Notes under the pieces: model-generated | Told to the model about the DNA's origin: nothing | Databases searched by the model: none | What the model saw: only the letters and a program-made list of their open reading frames with translations | NCBI GenBank assembly: GCA_963717465.1 | Contig: OY970340.1 | Location: 1,536,001 to 1,600,000, forward strand | Direction of reading: 5' to 3' | Length of the DNA stretch: 64,000 nt | DNA from: Candidatus Bathyarchaeota archaeon | GTDB taxonomy: Archaea > Thermoproteota > Bathyarchaeia > Bathyarchaeales > Bathycorpusculaceae | Made by a program: the position numbers and the translations under genes | Shown here: positions 9,809-19,420 of the stretch, piece after piece | Layout of the letters: each line of letters starts with the position of its first letter | How positions within the stretch are numbered: position 1 is the stretch's first letter

Positions 9809-10112
9809 TCTTTAGATGCTCTCAACAAATTAATCCTTATTTTATGTGAATTAGCACGCTTAATTTCAGGGAAAAGCAAATACTCTAGCGTGCATGGCTG
9901 TTTCTAAAATTGCTAGATAATGTTTTTGGTTAACTTTTTCTAAATAATTTTTATTGTAGAAACCTGCTAACGAAGCAAAAGCCAAAAACCGCAAAATAGA
10001 AAAGAATTACGTACTTCAAAAATGAATTTAGGAACACGCATGCTCTCCAAAAAAAATAGTTAAAAAAAGTGAGTGGTTAGGCTAAAGCCTCTATTGGTTA
10101 ATCGTCGCGCAC

Positions 10113-10640
10113 TTAACCGGGTTGCGTGAACAGAGAGTCTGGAAGTGAAGGATTAATTTGGATATTGGTGAAAGCAACCGTTCCTCCTGCATTCGTACCA
10201 CTCGTTATATTATAAGTATAGCTTCCAGGCCACCATAGGCTTCTAGCATGTTTACGTATAAAGTTGCTGTTGATTCTACGCTAGATTGCAGAGATGCGTA
10301 ATCGGTAGTGAGATTCGTCCATGTTCCGTCACTATATACCCATGCCTCCTGCGTTACTCCATTTATAATGGTCTCAGTGGTGCCACTCGAAGGAGTTGTT
10401 ATTACCCATAGGTACTCAATGTTAGATGTCTCAAGATTTTTTGTAGCAATTTATGCCATGTCAAGTACGTTCCGTTACTAGCCTTTTCGGTTAAGTTGAA
10501 CTCATAACTGGTTGCATCAGTGATAGAGTAGGTGTAGCTGTCGGGGTTGGTGTGGCTGTAGCGAACAAAAACCACCGAGCAACCTCTAAACTCGGCTCTT
10601 CCCACTTCGCAATAAACTTGGCAATTTTCTAAAGTCAAAA
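10113..10640 (-). pseudogene. frameshifted Ser/Thr-rich secreted-type protein remnant
   Basis: Fragments in different frames: ...ETIINGVTQEAWVYSDGTWTNL... and ...TNIQINPSLPDSLFTQPG*. Confidence 0.55.
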
Positions 10641-10913
10641 TTAGTTTTCACATAGTCTCAACAGACCAGACATACGCGTAAATAATAATCCAGAAAGGAC
10701 TGTTTTCAACAAATACCCCTTAAATTGCAGTTCACTCAAATTTTATTTAAACAGCAGCGATTTTTTTTATGGTGTTGGCGCAATCTTTTCTTTGGACTTG
10801 GGCATTTTTGCTTTAAATGTCTTCGGACTGTGGGGCGCGACAACCGAAGTAAATACCTTCTTCGTTCCTAGCGGGGAAAAAGAAACTAAATAGTAAGCAT
10901 AGTTTAAGTCTGT

Positions 10914-11360
10914 TTACTTTGACAGCCCAAGTTGCTGCATAAAACCTACGACATCGTAGAATAGTCGCTCTTCGACGATTTCTCCGTTTTTCCATGTGGC
11001 GACAGTACAAAATTCGAGCTTTGCCGTTTTTCCGGTCGGCGGGATCATTTTCCCGTCAGGACCTTTCATCGGTTCCTTCATAGTTACAGTCCAATCGGCT
11101 ACAGTGCACGTGTAGTCTCCAGCGCCGAACATTATTTTGTATGGGTTGTTGACGAGTTTGTTATCAAATTTCTTGAAGAACTCTACCGCTTCAACGTCGT
11201 GGGCATGACGTCCCATAGTAGGCAATGGTTGAGCTGGCCAGTACACTTTCACGTCTTCTCGGTGTCGCTTTCTAAAAGTCTCCCAGAGTGGGCTGTTTGG
11301 CCCCGCATTCCAAGCATCATCAAGGGTTTTCATCAACTCAAGATTTTCTTTAACTCCCAT
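10914..11360 (-). CDS. SnoaL/NTF2-like ester cyclase family protein
   Basis: PDGKMIPPTGK...FCTVATWKNGEIVEERLFYD...MQQLG. Confidence 0.85.
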   Translation of the reverse strand: MGVKENLELMKTLDDAWNAGPNSPLWETFRKRHREDVKVYWPAQPLPTMGRHAHDVEAVEFFKKFDNKLVNNPYKIMFGAGDYTCTVADWTVTMKEPMKGPDGKMIPPTGKTAKLEFCTVATWKNGEIVEERLFYDVVGFMQQLGLSK

Positions 11361-11984
11361 AAAATTCGCCTACTAGTTGTTTGGCGTTATTGTTAATAAA
11401 CGTGAGCAATTTACAATCATAGCTTATTCCCTCTTCTTTGAAACATGTTAAAATAGGGTTCTGTAAAGTTGTCGGTAAGAAAGACGCACGCTATGGAAAT
11501 TAAACCCGAGTACTCTAGCGATATCGCCAATCGTTCATTTTCTTGGTAGCTACTTTCTCTTTTTTAGAATAATCCTACTCTGGAGCAATCCGATGGGACT
11601 CGTAAACATGTGCGAAAAAGGTACGAGCGTTTCCTATTTTTCCAATTTTTTCCAAACTTACCAATAACGCTCGGTGAATCTTGCAGCTTAGGCTGCCAAG
11701 TAGGCCGTGTGTTAAAACCATTGTAAGCTGTAGCCTCAAAAACACCCCAATTTAGCACCTAAAACCTTAACTAATGCACATAAAACCTTAACAATTTCCG
11801 TCTTGTTAAAGCCGTCTCCTTCAAGCTTTAACGAAAATAAGCGTATTTCAAGCGTATCTCTCACCATAAAAACCACTTTTTTTAAGGTTTACTTAACTTT
11901 TTGCGAATTTTACTACCAGCCCTTGAAGTTACCTATTGTTTTATTCAACCGTGTGGATTCTCTAAAAATATACGAGTTTAAGCC

Positions 11985-12050
11985 AAAGAGCTGGAGATGG
12001 GAATTGCATCCCATGCAAGTGGAGTTATCTCCCGCAAAATTCTCTTTTTT
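11985..12050. repeat. att-like repeat A: tRNA-Cys 3' fragment plus ATCTCCCGCAAA motif
   Basis: Direct sequence comparison with 17815-17843, 12836-12900 and 16576-16640. Confidence 0.7.
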
Positions 12051-12118
12051 CCATGCAGGCTATTTTCAATGAGAAGAGTTACCTTAGTTTTTTATGTTAA
12101 GGGCGTAATATTCTATTC

Positions 12119-12742
12119 ATGCCTAATTATTCCAAGAAACCACTCCTAACAGTTAATGACGAAGAATACATGATATTAATCGAGGTTGCTGAAGAATTTC
12201 AGAGACAAAAAATCGGAAAAACAGCTTGTGAGACATCTGGAAATGCAACTGAAATAGTAATGCGCAATCATCTTTTGAGAAGAAATCTTAACCTTTCAAT
12301 GAATCCAAACGTCAGAATTCAAGGATCAAAAATCAAAAACGATCTGCTTCTTTTAAAGAACGGCGTAAACCCAACCCAAGAAACCTTCACGTCTGACAAT
12401 GTGAAAATAGTAATAGAGATTAAGAACAACGCCGTCGGTGGCAAAATTATGGAAAACGGAAAGCGGGAAGACCCTAACAAGGTGTTGCGTTCCAAATTCA
12501 ACGAGCTTGAAGCAATTACCAATGTAAGAAATTTTGCTGTTATCGTTCTTTCTGAAACGCTACTTCCACCTAAAACCCCCTACAAATGGCGATTTAAAGA
12601 AGAGGTAATAGGAAAAGAAAACTGTAAAGTCTTTACTTTAGTTGCCCGTCAGATGTATCCTCCTGGTGGACTCTACATCAAGTCAAACATAGTAGAACTG
12701 CTCCAGAAAGAACAGATGAAAAAAACCGGAGAATTTCAATAG
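12119..12742 (+). CDS. hypothetical protein, possible PD-(D/E)XK nuclease
   Basis: E...NDLLLLK...IVIEIKN arrangement resembles the restriction-endonuclease-like fold. Confidence 0.5.
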   Translation: MPNYSKKPLLTVNDEEYMILIEVAEEFQRQKIGKTACETSGNATEIVMRNHLLRRNLNLSMNPNVRIQGSKIKNDLLLLKNGVNPTQETFTSDNVKIVIEIKNNAVGGKIMENGKREDPNKVLRSKFNELEAITNVRNFAVIVLSETLLPPKTPYKWRFKEEVIGKENCKVFTLVARQMYPPGGLYIKSNIVELLQKEQMKKTGEFQ

Positions 12743-12835
12743 CTGATAAATTACCTTCAAAACTTGTAGAGCGCGCTCCGGAGGTCAAATATGATTTGTT
12801 CGTTTTAATGCTCAAAAATGGGCGGGATTATTTGC

Positions 12836-12900
12836 AGCGGGTGTGGAGGGATTCGCTCTCATCCCATAGTGGGGACATCTCCCGCAAACTATCCTCTTTT
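12836..12900. repeat. att-like repeat B
   Basis: GCGGGTGTGGAGGGATTCG (tRNA 3'-end-like on - strand) followed by CATCCCATAGTGGGGACATCTCCCGCAAAC. Confidence 0.55.
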
Positions 12901-13048
12901 TCTTTTTATGCTAGACCTGAAGAACAGATTTTCTAAAATGCAATAAAACTAAAAGCAAAACTAAACTAGCAGAGACCAGATAAGATACTGTTAAGTTATT
13001 TGTCGCGCGCTATTACATAAAAGTAAAATCTACTAAGGGAAACAAGAA

Positions 13049-14326
13049 TTGACTACTGAAAAAATAACTCGGTTTTACGGTTGCCAGTTAACAACCACTA
13101 ATTCAGTAAAACAGCATAAGCTGAGAAGACTCGTAGCATGGTTATCCGATAAAGAGGGACAAGGAAAAGAATTCATCTCGCTTTACATACCTTCAGGAGC
13201 ATCAAAAGATGCAATAGCAGCAAGCCTTAAAAAAGAATTTGATTCCATAACTAAATCAGGCACCATTGAAGAACGCGTCCAGACTGCGCTCAAAAATCTT
13301 ATTCACCAAGTGAGGCAGTATAAGGAAATTCCAGAAAATGGATTGGCACTTTTTGCTGGGTCGTTTGAGAATGACAATCAAGAACGAGAAATTTTGAATG
13401 TTGAAGAGATAATCCCCCCAGAACCAGTTACTAACTACCTATATGAGGTAAACGACCATTTTCTCTTAGAGCCGTTAAGGCAAATGCTACGAGACCCAAG
13501 AATTATAGGCCTTATGATCATGGATTCTAAGGAGGCTAGCTTTGGAATTTTTGAGGGCGAACGCCTCGAAATAATCGAAAACATAACTTCGGGGGTTCCT
13601 GGCAAAACTGGCAAGGGCGGACAAAGCCAAAGGCGATATGAGAGAGAACGCGACATGGAACTTGCAAACTTTTTCCATCGGGTTTCTGAGCATGCAACGA
13701 AGGCATTTCTTGAGAGCCACAAAGTTACAACGTTAGTCGTCGGTGGCCCGAGTCTAACTAAAAATGATTTCTTAAAAGGCAACTACCTCCACTATGAGTT
13801 AAAAAATATGCTTCTAAGCATGGTTGACACCCAATCAGCGAGCAGAGAAGCTATCAGAGAACTTCTTGATAGGTCGTTTAATGCGTTAAATAATATGTGT
13901 TTGCCTGAGGAGAAGAAAATTATGCAGCGACTTTTGGTAGAGTTAGGTAAGCATGACGGTTTGGCTATTGCTGGGTTAGATGCAGTGCTTGATGGGCTTA
14001 AAAACGGTGAAGTGGAGGTTGCCTTGGCAACTGATAGCTCTCCTTTAATTGAAGTTATTGCCATTTGTAAAAAATGCGGTTTAGCAAAGATGCAAATAGT
14101 AGATAAGAAGGATGTCGGAGCAATACAGAAAATCATATCAGCATCATGCGAGAAGTGTCATTCGGCTGAATATGAGATGCAAGAGAAAGACATGATTGAT
14201 GTGCTAGAGGATGCTGCTTCACAGACGGATGCAAGAGTTCAGGTAATAGCCACAGATTCAGAAGAAAAAACCAAGCTAATAGCTTTAGGAGGTTTTGCCG
14301 CTCTTTTGAGATACAAGCCTCATTAG
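13049..14326 (+). CDS. aRF1/eRF1 family peptide chain release factor paralog
   Basis: ISLYIP, PENGLALFAG, VPGKTGKGGQSQRRYER, GGFAALLRY; CxxC...CxxC insert in domain 3. Confidence 0.9.
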   Translation: MTTEKITRFYGCQLTTTNSVKQHKLRRLVAWLSDKEGQGKEFISLYIPSGASKDAIAASLKKEFDSITKSGTIEERVQTALKNLIHQVRQYKEIPENGLALFAGSFENDNQEREILNVEEIIPPEPVTNYLYEVNDHFLLEPLRQMLRDPRIIGLMIMDSKEASFGIFEGERLEIIENITSGVPGKTGKGGQSQRRYERERDMELANFFHRVSEHATKAFLESHKVTTLVVGGPSLTKNDFLKGNYLHYELKNMLLSMVDTQSASREAIRELLDRSFNALNNMCLPEEKKIMQRLLVELGKHDGLAIAGLDAVLDGLKNGEVEVALATDSSPLIEVIAICKKCGLAKMQIVDKKDVGAIQKIISASCEKCHSAEYEMQEKDMIDVLEDAASQTDARVQVIATDSEEKTKLIALGGFAALLRYKPH

Positions 14327-14519
14327 ACGAGCAGCACACGTTAAACATGCATGAGTGAATAGGCTTCATCCGACTGAAACAAACAAGGGCAAAGGCGTAT
14401 TATTGTCAGCTTTCGAGGCAATACGTTAAGCGTGGGTTTTTCTCATTTTGGTTTTTTCTGGCAAAGCTGATATAGCTTTTTTATACAAAGAATATTAATC
14501 TTAAAGGGGAAGGTGTTCT

Positions 14520-15236
14520 ATGACAAAAGCACTGTTTTTAGTCGACAGTTATCTCAAAGAATCTAACGCGACTGTAGTTTCTGTGAAAGATGGAAAGTAT
14601 GTGGTCCTGGACCGAACAATCTTTTATGCGAAAGGAGGCGGTCAACCACATGACACGGGCAAGATGATTAAAGGCAACGAGGTCTTTAAAGTAGTCTTTG
14701 TCGGAAAGTTTTCGGGCGAAATCTCCCATGAAGTTGACCACATCGGTCTTCAACCCGGCGATGTTGTCTACTGTGGCCTAAACTGGGAAAGAAGATATAG
14801 ACTGATGCAAAGTCATACTGCTGCGCATGTTCTTGCAGCTCTGCTCAACAAAGGTACAGGCGCCCTTATCACAGGTAACCAGCTTGAGGAAGATCACATC
14901 CGCTTCGACTTCAGCTTGGAAAAATTTGACAAAAACCTCCTTGAAGCTTATCTGGTGAAGGCAAACGAGTTGTTCGGCATCGACATTCCCGTGAAATGGT
15001 ATGAGTTGCCCCGAGAAGAAGCGATGAAAATTCCCGGTGTAATCAAGATGGCTGAAGCATTCCCGCCAGACCTTCCTGTTCTAAGAATCGTCGAAATCGT
15101 TGGTGTAGATAAGCAGGCGGATGGCGGTACCCATGTTAAAAACCTTAATGAGATTGGAAAAATTGAGCTTATCAGGACTGAGAACAAAGGTAAAAACAAT
15201 AGGCGCATTTATTTCAAGCTAAATAATAGTACATAG
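14520..15236 (+). CDS. alaX: alanyl-tRNA editing protein AlaX (AlaX-M type)
   Basis: FYAKGGGQPHDTG, HTAAH, ADGGTHV. Confidence 0.9.
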   Translation: MTKALFLVDSYLKESNATVVSVKDGKYVVLDRTIFYAKGGGQPHDTGKMIKGNEVFKVVFVGKFSGEISHEVDHIGLQPGDVVYCGLNWERRYRLMQSHTAAHVLAALLNKGTGALITGNQLEEDHIRFDFSLEKFDKNLLEAYLVKANELFGIDIPVKWYELPREEAMKIPGVIKMAEAFPPDLPVLRIVEIVGVDKQADGGTHVKNLNEIGKIELIRTENKGKNNRRIYFKLNNST

Positions 15237-15264
15237 GGCTTGCTTGTACATAGGGCTTGCTTGT
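15229..15264. repeat. 17-bp tandem duplication across the alaX stop
   Basis: GTACATAGGGCTTGCTT x2. Confidence 0.9.
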
Positions 15265-15396
15265 TAGCTTTTTCCGCAATGAAGGACAGTCGAGAACAAA
15301 CACGGCAAACTGCACTGTTCTTTGGTGGACAGATGCTTATCTCTTTGCTGGGCGGCGTTACGCTACGACAAGCAAACAGTGGAAAACGTGCTAAAG

Positions 15397-15663
15397 TTAC
15401 TTGAACGTGTTAGCATCAATTTCCTTGACTTCTGAAATTTTGTTTATTGATAGTTGAGCTTTCTTAGCGTGTTCATACAGTAGTTCAACATTTGGAGATT
15501 CGAAAACACAATATAAAATGTTTGATTTTTTTGGCGCGTAGCTCTTAATCCATTTTATCTTGCCAATTTCAGCCACAGCTTTTTTTGAACGTTTAACAGC
15601 TTCTGCTAGTTCATCATCACTTAAAGGTCTCCCAGTTTCGCGCTCAATCACATATAAAGGCAT
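15397..15663 (-). CDS. DUF4242 family small protein
   Basis: YVIER...WIKSY...YCVFESPN...HAKKA...ISEV. Confidence 0.8.
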   Translation of the reverse strand: MPLYVIERETGRPLSDDELAEAVKRSKKAVAEIGKIKWIKSYAPKKSNILYCVFESPNVELLYEHAKKAQLSINKISEVKEIDANTFK

Positions 15664-15848
15664 TTTAGTTCACATCCAAATACACTTAATTCCTAAATTT
15701 TAAGATGACGCTCATAACAGTTGCAGCGGGCTTAAGCTCAGTTGTACCTCGAAAACTTACCGATGTAGTTAGGTTAGGTAGCGCGAACTAAAATCGAGAG
15801 CCTAACACTTAAAGAATGCTAATGCACTCGTGTTAAGGGTAATACAAT

Positions 15849-16478
15849 TCAACCGATTAATATTAGACAGTTCTGTGTGATTGCTTCTTTCGAGTTCCAA
15901 GTTAATTGTATGCCTGCATTTTTCATTGTTTTATTGATATCGATGCCCATTGCTTCCATGCTTGGTCTTGCTTCCCAGGGGTGCTTGCATGGAAATTTTA
16001 GTTCGCATGTTTCACATAACATGCAGGCGCCTGATCCAAGTCCAAGTGATAAATAATAGCCTTTGTTAAATGCTTCTCTTTCTATTGACGAAATAAGGTT
16101 TCTAAGTTTTTTACTAACAGTGTCCCATACAACTTTCATTTCTTTTTGAAATTCAGGTTTATTTATGATATCTTGGAATTTTGCTCCGTCAACATTTAGG
16201 TGATTTTTTATTTCGTCAACGTATGGATGACTTATTTGTGCTGCAATGGCATAATCATATTTTTTGACAATTTCCCGGAAGTCTTTTGCATTAGGCGTGT
16301 AAGGAGGACACATAAGATTTTTTCCATAGTTAATGCAGGGAGGATATACGCACTTTAGTTGAACTCTTTCGTCTACAACAACCTTCCCGGACTCTATTAC
16401 TTTTACGTCGGTTGCACCATTTTTTAAGGCAAAATTGCTTAAATCTTCCAGGTCTTTTTTTAATCTATCCACTTCCAT
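15849..16478 (-). CDS. DUF2284 family Cys-rich metal-binding protein
   Basis: C..PPC.NYG..LMCPP; GACMLCETC...CKHP..ARPSMEAMGID. Confidence 0.85.
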   Translation of the reverse strand: MEVDRLKKDLEDLSNFALKNGATDVKVIESGKVVVDERVQLKCVYPPCINYGKNLMCPPYTPNAKDFREIVKKYDYAIAAQISHPYVDEIKNHLNVDGAKFQDIINKPEFQKEMKVVWDTVSKKLRNLISSIEREAFNKGYYLSLGLGSGACMLCETCELKFPCKHPWEARPSMEAMGIDINKTMKNAGIQLTWNSKEAITQNCLILIG

Positions 16479-16575
16479 CCTATTCCCTCACTTAAGTTCG
16501 ACGATTAAAGTTCTTAAATATTGGGTTGTTTGGTTTTTGAAAGAAGAGTTTTGTTTTAGACACCAGTCTTAATTT

Positions 16576-16640
16576 AGCGCTAGGAACGATTTGAACCCTC
16601 TCGCAATGGAGATTTTATCCGCGAAACTCCTTTTTTTTCT
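16576..16640. repeat. att-like repeat C
   Basis: GATTTGAACCC (T-arm GGGTTCAAATC on - strand) plus GCAATGGAGATTTTATCCGCGAAACT and a T-run. Confidence 0.5.
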
Positions 16641-16801
16641 TTTTAAAAATAGTGGTTCAGTTCAATTCCTAAACTTAAATTTATGATATTCTTAAATTGA
16701 GAAATCGTTCTAAAGAATAAACCTAAAAGGTACTGAATTAAATAGTTAACAGCTGCAATGAAAGCGTAGTTGGCGTCAAGATGTCTGCACATTGGAAGTA
16801 A

Positions 16802-17428
16802 GTGTTAGCAATAGTAGCTGCAATCATTATTCTTGGGGCAGGAGCCCGCGCTTTAGGTGTCGAGTTAACTAACTTTAAACCAGACATAATAGCATCACCA
16901 AACTTGCCACTTAATCTAATCGAGCCTATGCAAAGCTGGACTAGTCCTGGTTTATCTACTGCCAATACAGCCACCGCCACTCCTACACAAACACCGACAC
17001 CAACTCTCATGCCGCCTTCGGCCTCTGCATCTTTTTACGGGATTTTTGAACTTACAATTTCAGTTGAAAAGGACTCGTATGAAGTAGGCGAGCCAATTAA
17101 CATAACTTTAGCGATAACAAACATCAGCAATAAGACCGTTAATTTTACACACACTGGGATGGATTTCGACTTCATAGTGACCGACGACAACAATAACTTA
17201 GTTTATCAATGGTCTACGGGCAAAGCCTTTCCTATGTTTGTCATGCTCGAGCCGCTTGGCCCCGACGAAAATGTGACGGCAACTTACGTTTGGGCTCAAA
17301 CTTGCAACAGCAACCCTTCTTCGGTTAGCACACAAGTTGCCCCTGGAACATATTATATTGTTGGCAAAAGTGACTCAATTTACGAGTTGCAAACAAAACC
17401 AGTTCAAATCACGATAATTAGCTCTTGA
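16802..17428 (+). CDS. secreted protein with Thr/Pro linker and Ig-like (BsuPI-like) domain
   Basis: Signal-like N-terminus; YEVGEPINITL.ITN...FDFIV...VYQWS.GKAF...PGTY. Confidence 0.65.
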   Translation: MLAIVAAIIILGAGARALGVELTNFKPDIIASPNLPLNLIEPMQSWTSPGLSTANTATATPTQTPTPTLMPPSASASFYGIFELTISVEKDSYEVGEPINITLAITNISNKTVNFTHTGMDFDFIVTDDNNNLVYQWSTGKAFPMFVMLEPLGPDENVTATYVWAQTCNSNPSSVSTQVAPGTYYIVGKSDSIYELQTKPVQITIISS

Positions 17429-17468
17429 ACGCATGATAAAATTTTTAGAACTATCAAGTGGGTCCACT

Positions 17469-17790
17469 CGGCAAAGAAAGAAGGCAGCATTAAAACTCGG
17501 AAACCCACGCCTGCTGCAATTAACCTTCCATACATTCAGGCACTGAAGGCAACAATGGGCTATCATAAAACCAAAGACATCCTTTACGTCATGCACCTTT
17601 TAGGACATAAAAATATCAAGAATACCCTTGTTTACACAAAAATAGTTAATTTTCCAAAAGAAAAAGAATCCTCTGCAAAGTTGCCAAAACGCTTCAAGAA
17701 GCAAGCCAATTGATAGAAAATGGCTTTGAATTTGTCTACGCGATGGACGAAGTAAAGCTGTTCAGAAAACCAAGAAACTACATAGTAATC
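17469..17790 (+). pseudogene. tyrosine recombinase/integrase C-terminal remnant
   Basis: Frameshifted fragments LGNPRLLQLTFHTFRH / KATMGYHKTKDILYVMHLLGHKNIKNTLVY (HxxR, LGH, catalytic Y) / LIENGFEFV...KLFRKP. Confidence 0.85.
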
Positions 17791-17818
17791 TCCCGAAAAG
17801 CTGAGGATTCGGCTAAAG

Positions 17819-17891
17819 AGCTGGGGATGGGAATTGAACCCATATAGAGCAGCTCTGCAGGCTACCGCCTGAACCATTCGGCCACCCCAGC
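17819..17891 (-). tRNA. tRNA-Cys(GCA)
   Basis: Reverse complement GCTGGGG...GTAGC-CT-GCA-GA-GCTGC...GGTTCAATTCC...CCCCAGC-T. Confidence 0.95.
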
Positions 17892-17958
17892 ATGGATGAC
17901 TAGGCTTAGACTATAATAAAAATATTTTTGGGTATTCTTATGGTTTTTTGCATATGAT

Positions 17959-18321
17959 TTATTTCTTAAAGGCTAAACCTGAAAAAAACGCGACGATTTT
18001 GTCCTCTTTTTTAACTGTAACATTGTATAGCCCTGTTGTTTTCCCATCATTCATCCTGACTGCCTCAGCTGTTAAGGTATCTCCTTCGATTGACGGTTTA
18101 AGAAAATGTATGCTAACTTGCACTGCTACAGCGACGTTATCTCCAAAGTTGCATGCTTGGGCAAAAGCGTAATCTGCAAGGCTAAAGATTGCCCCGCCAT
18201 GCGTGAAGCCTAAAGCGTTCGTGTGATTCTTTTCAACCTTCATGGAAACTTTCGCATAACCATCCTTTGCTTCCAATAGTTTAATTCCCAAGTTTTCAGC
18301 AAACCAGTCTGTTCCCTTCAT
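17959..18321 (-). CDS. paaI: PaaI-family hotdog thioesterase
   Basis: NALGFTHGGAIFSLADYAF. Confidence 0.88.
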   Translation of the reverse strand: MKGTDWFAENLGIKLLEAKDGYAKVSMKVEKNHTNALGFTHGGAIFSLADYAFAQACNFGDNVAVAVQVSIHFLKPSIEGDTLTAEAVRMNDGKTTGLYNVTVKKEDKIVAFFSGLAFKK

Positions 18322-19419
18322 TTATTCTTACTCTCCTTATTCTGCGGCTTCTCTTCAGTCATTATCCAATTATAGAGCTTGCGGAATAATGGTATTAAGC
18401 CTCCTGGACTAAAAATGACGATTAAAAGCAGAATTACACCTATTAGCAAATAAGTTATGGGCGGTCCAACATAGCTAATTTTTGGAAATAATGGTCCCAA
18501 CGAGTTATTAAGCGCTATTGTAACGCTCTGTGTTGCAAAAATTTGCTCTATTGATATCAAGAAAACTGAGCCGACTATTGGCCCTGCGACTGTGCCCAAG
18601 CCACCGATAACGCTCATTATAAGCGGGATAAATGACAGAGTCGGAGCAAAAATCGAGTTATCGACAAACCCGAAAAAATAAACGTACAATCCGCCAGCTA
18701 TGCCCGCAAAGAACGTGCTAATAACGAAGGCTATCAGCTTGTACTTAGCCGTGTTAATTCCAATCATTCTCGCCTCAGCCTCATTGCCATGAATCGCCCT
18801 AAAAGCAAAACCAATTCGTGACTTCATGAGCAAGTACATTATCCCAATGGATGAGACAGCAAAACAAATCACCAAGATATAAAATGCGTAACCGCTTGGC
18901 ACCAAGGTTACTGGCGGAAAACCGTTTATCCCATTTGTAACGGAATCAAACTGGTATGATATAGTAGTCAGCAATGACTGAGAAGCCAAACGTAACTATC
19001 GCCAGATACCAAGCTTTCAACCGTACACAAGCCAGCCCAATCAGCAAGCCAATTCCAGCTGATAAAAAGCCCCCGACGAGAATTACCAGAATCTGCAGTG
19101 AGACTGACAAAAGTCCTATAGGCATCGTATAGACACCTAATCCCAAAATGATTATAGTTGCTATTCTCGTGCCAATTATGGCTGACGCAAAACCTCCGAT
19201 GCCTAAAAACATGGCATGACCAAGGGAGCCCTGTCCTGAATTGGCCAAGAAATTCCAGCTTGCCGCATAAATCCCATAGATAAAAATTAGTGTAAACGTG
19301 TAAAGAAAGAAACTGCTTCTTATTAAAAAGGGAATTAGGGCCAAAATTATTATGGCGATTAGAAAAAATTGAAAGCTTTTTGAATGCAGAAAAGTGCCAG
19401 TTTTAGGTTTGCTTACCAT
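18318..19419 (-). CDS. livM: branched-chain/aromatic acid ABC permease LivM (one frameshift near 18960-18990)
   Basis: GQGSLGHAMFLGIG...RLKAWYLAIVTFGF in one frame; AFRAI..NE.EA...GIN...IGGLGT in another. Confidence 0.8.
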
Positions 19420-19420
19420 G

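Larger units (their letters stand above)
11985..17836. mobile_element. decayed integrative island at the tRNA-Cys 3' end
   Basis: AAAGAGCTGGRGATGGGAATTG at 11985-12006 and 17815-17836 (21/22 identical); integrase remnant abuts the tRNA. Confidence 0.7.

Noticed and set aside
12740..12742. TAG readthrough (pyrrolysine) in the nuclease-like ORF
   Set aside because: Only 8 further codons follow, and there are no pyl genes or other in-frame TAG cases in the window.
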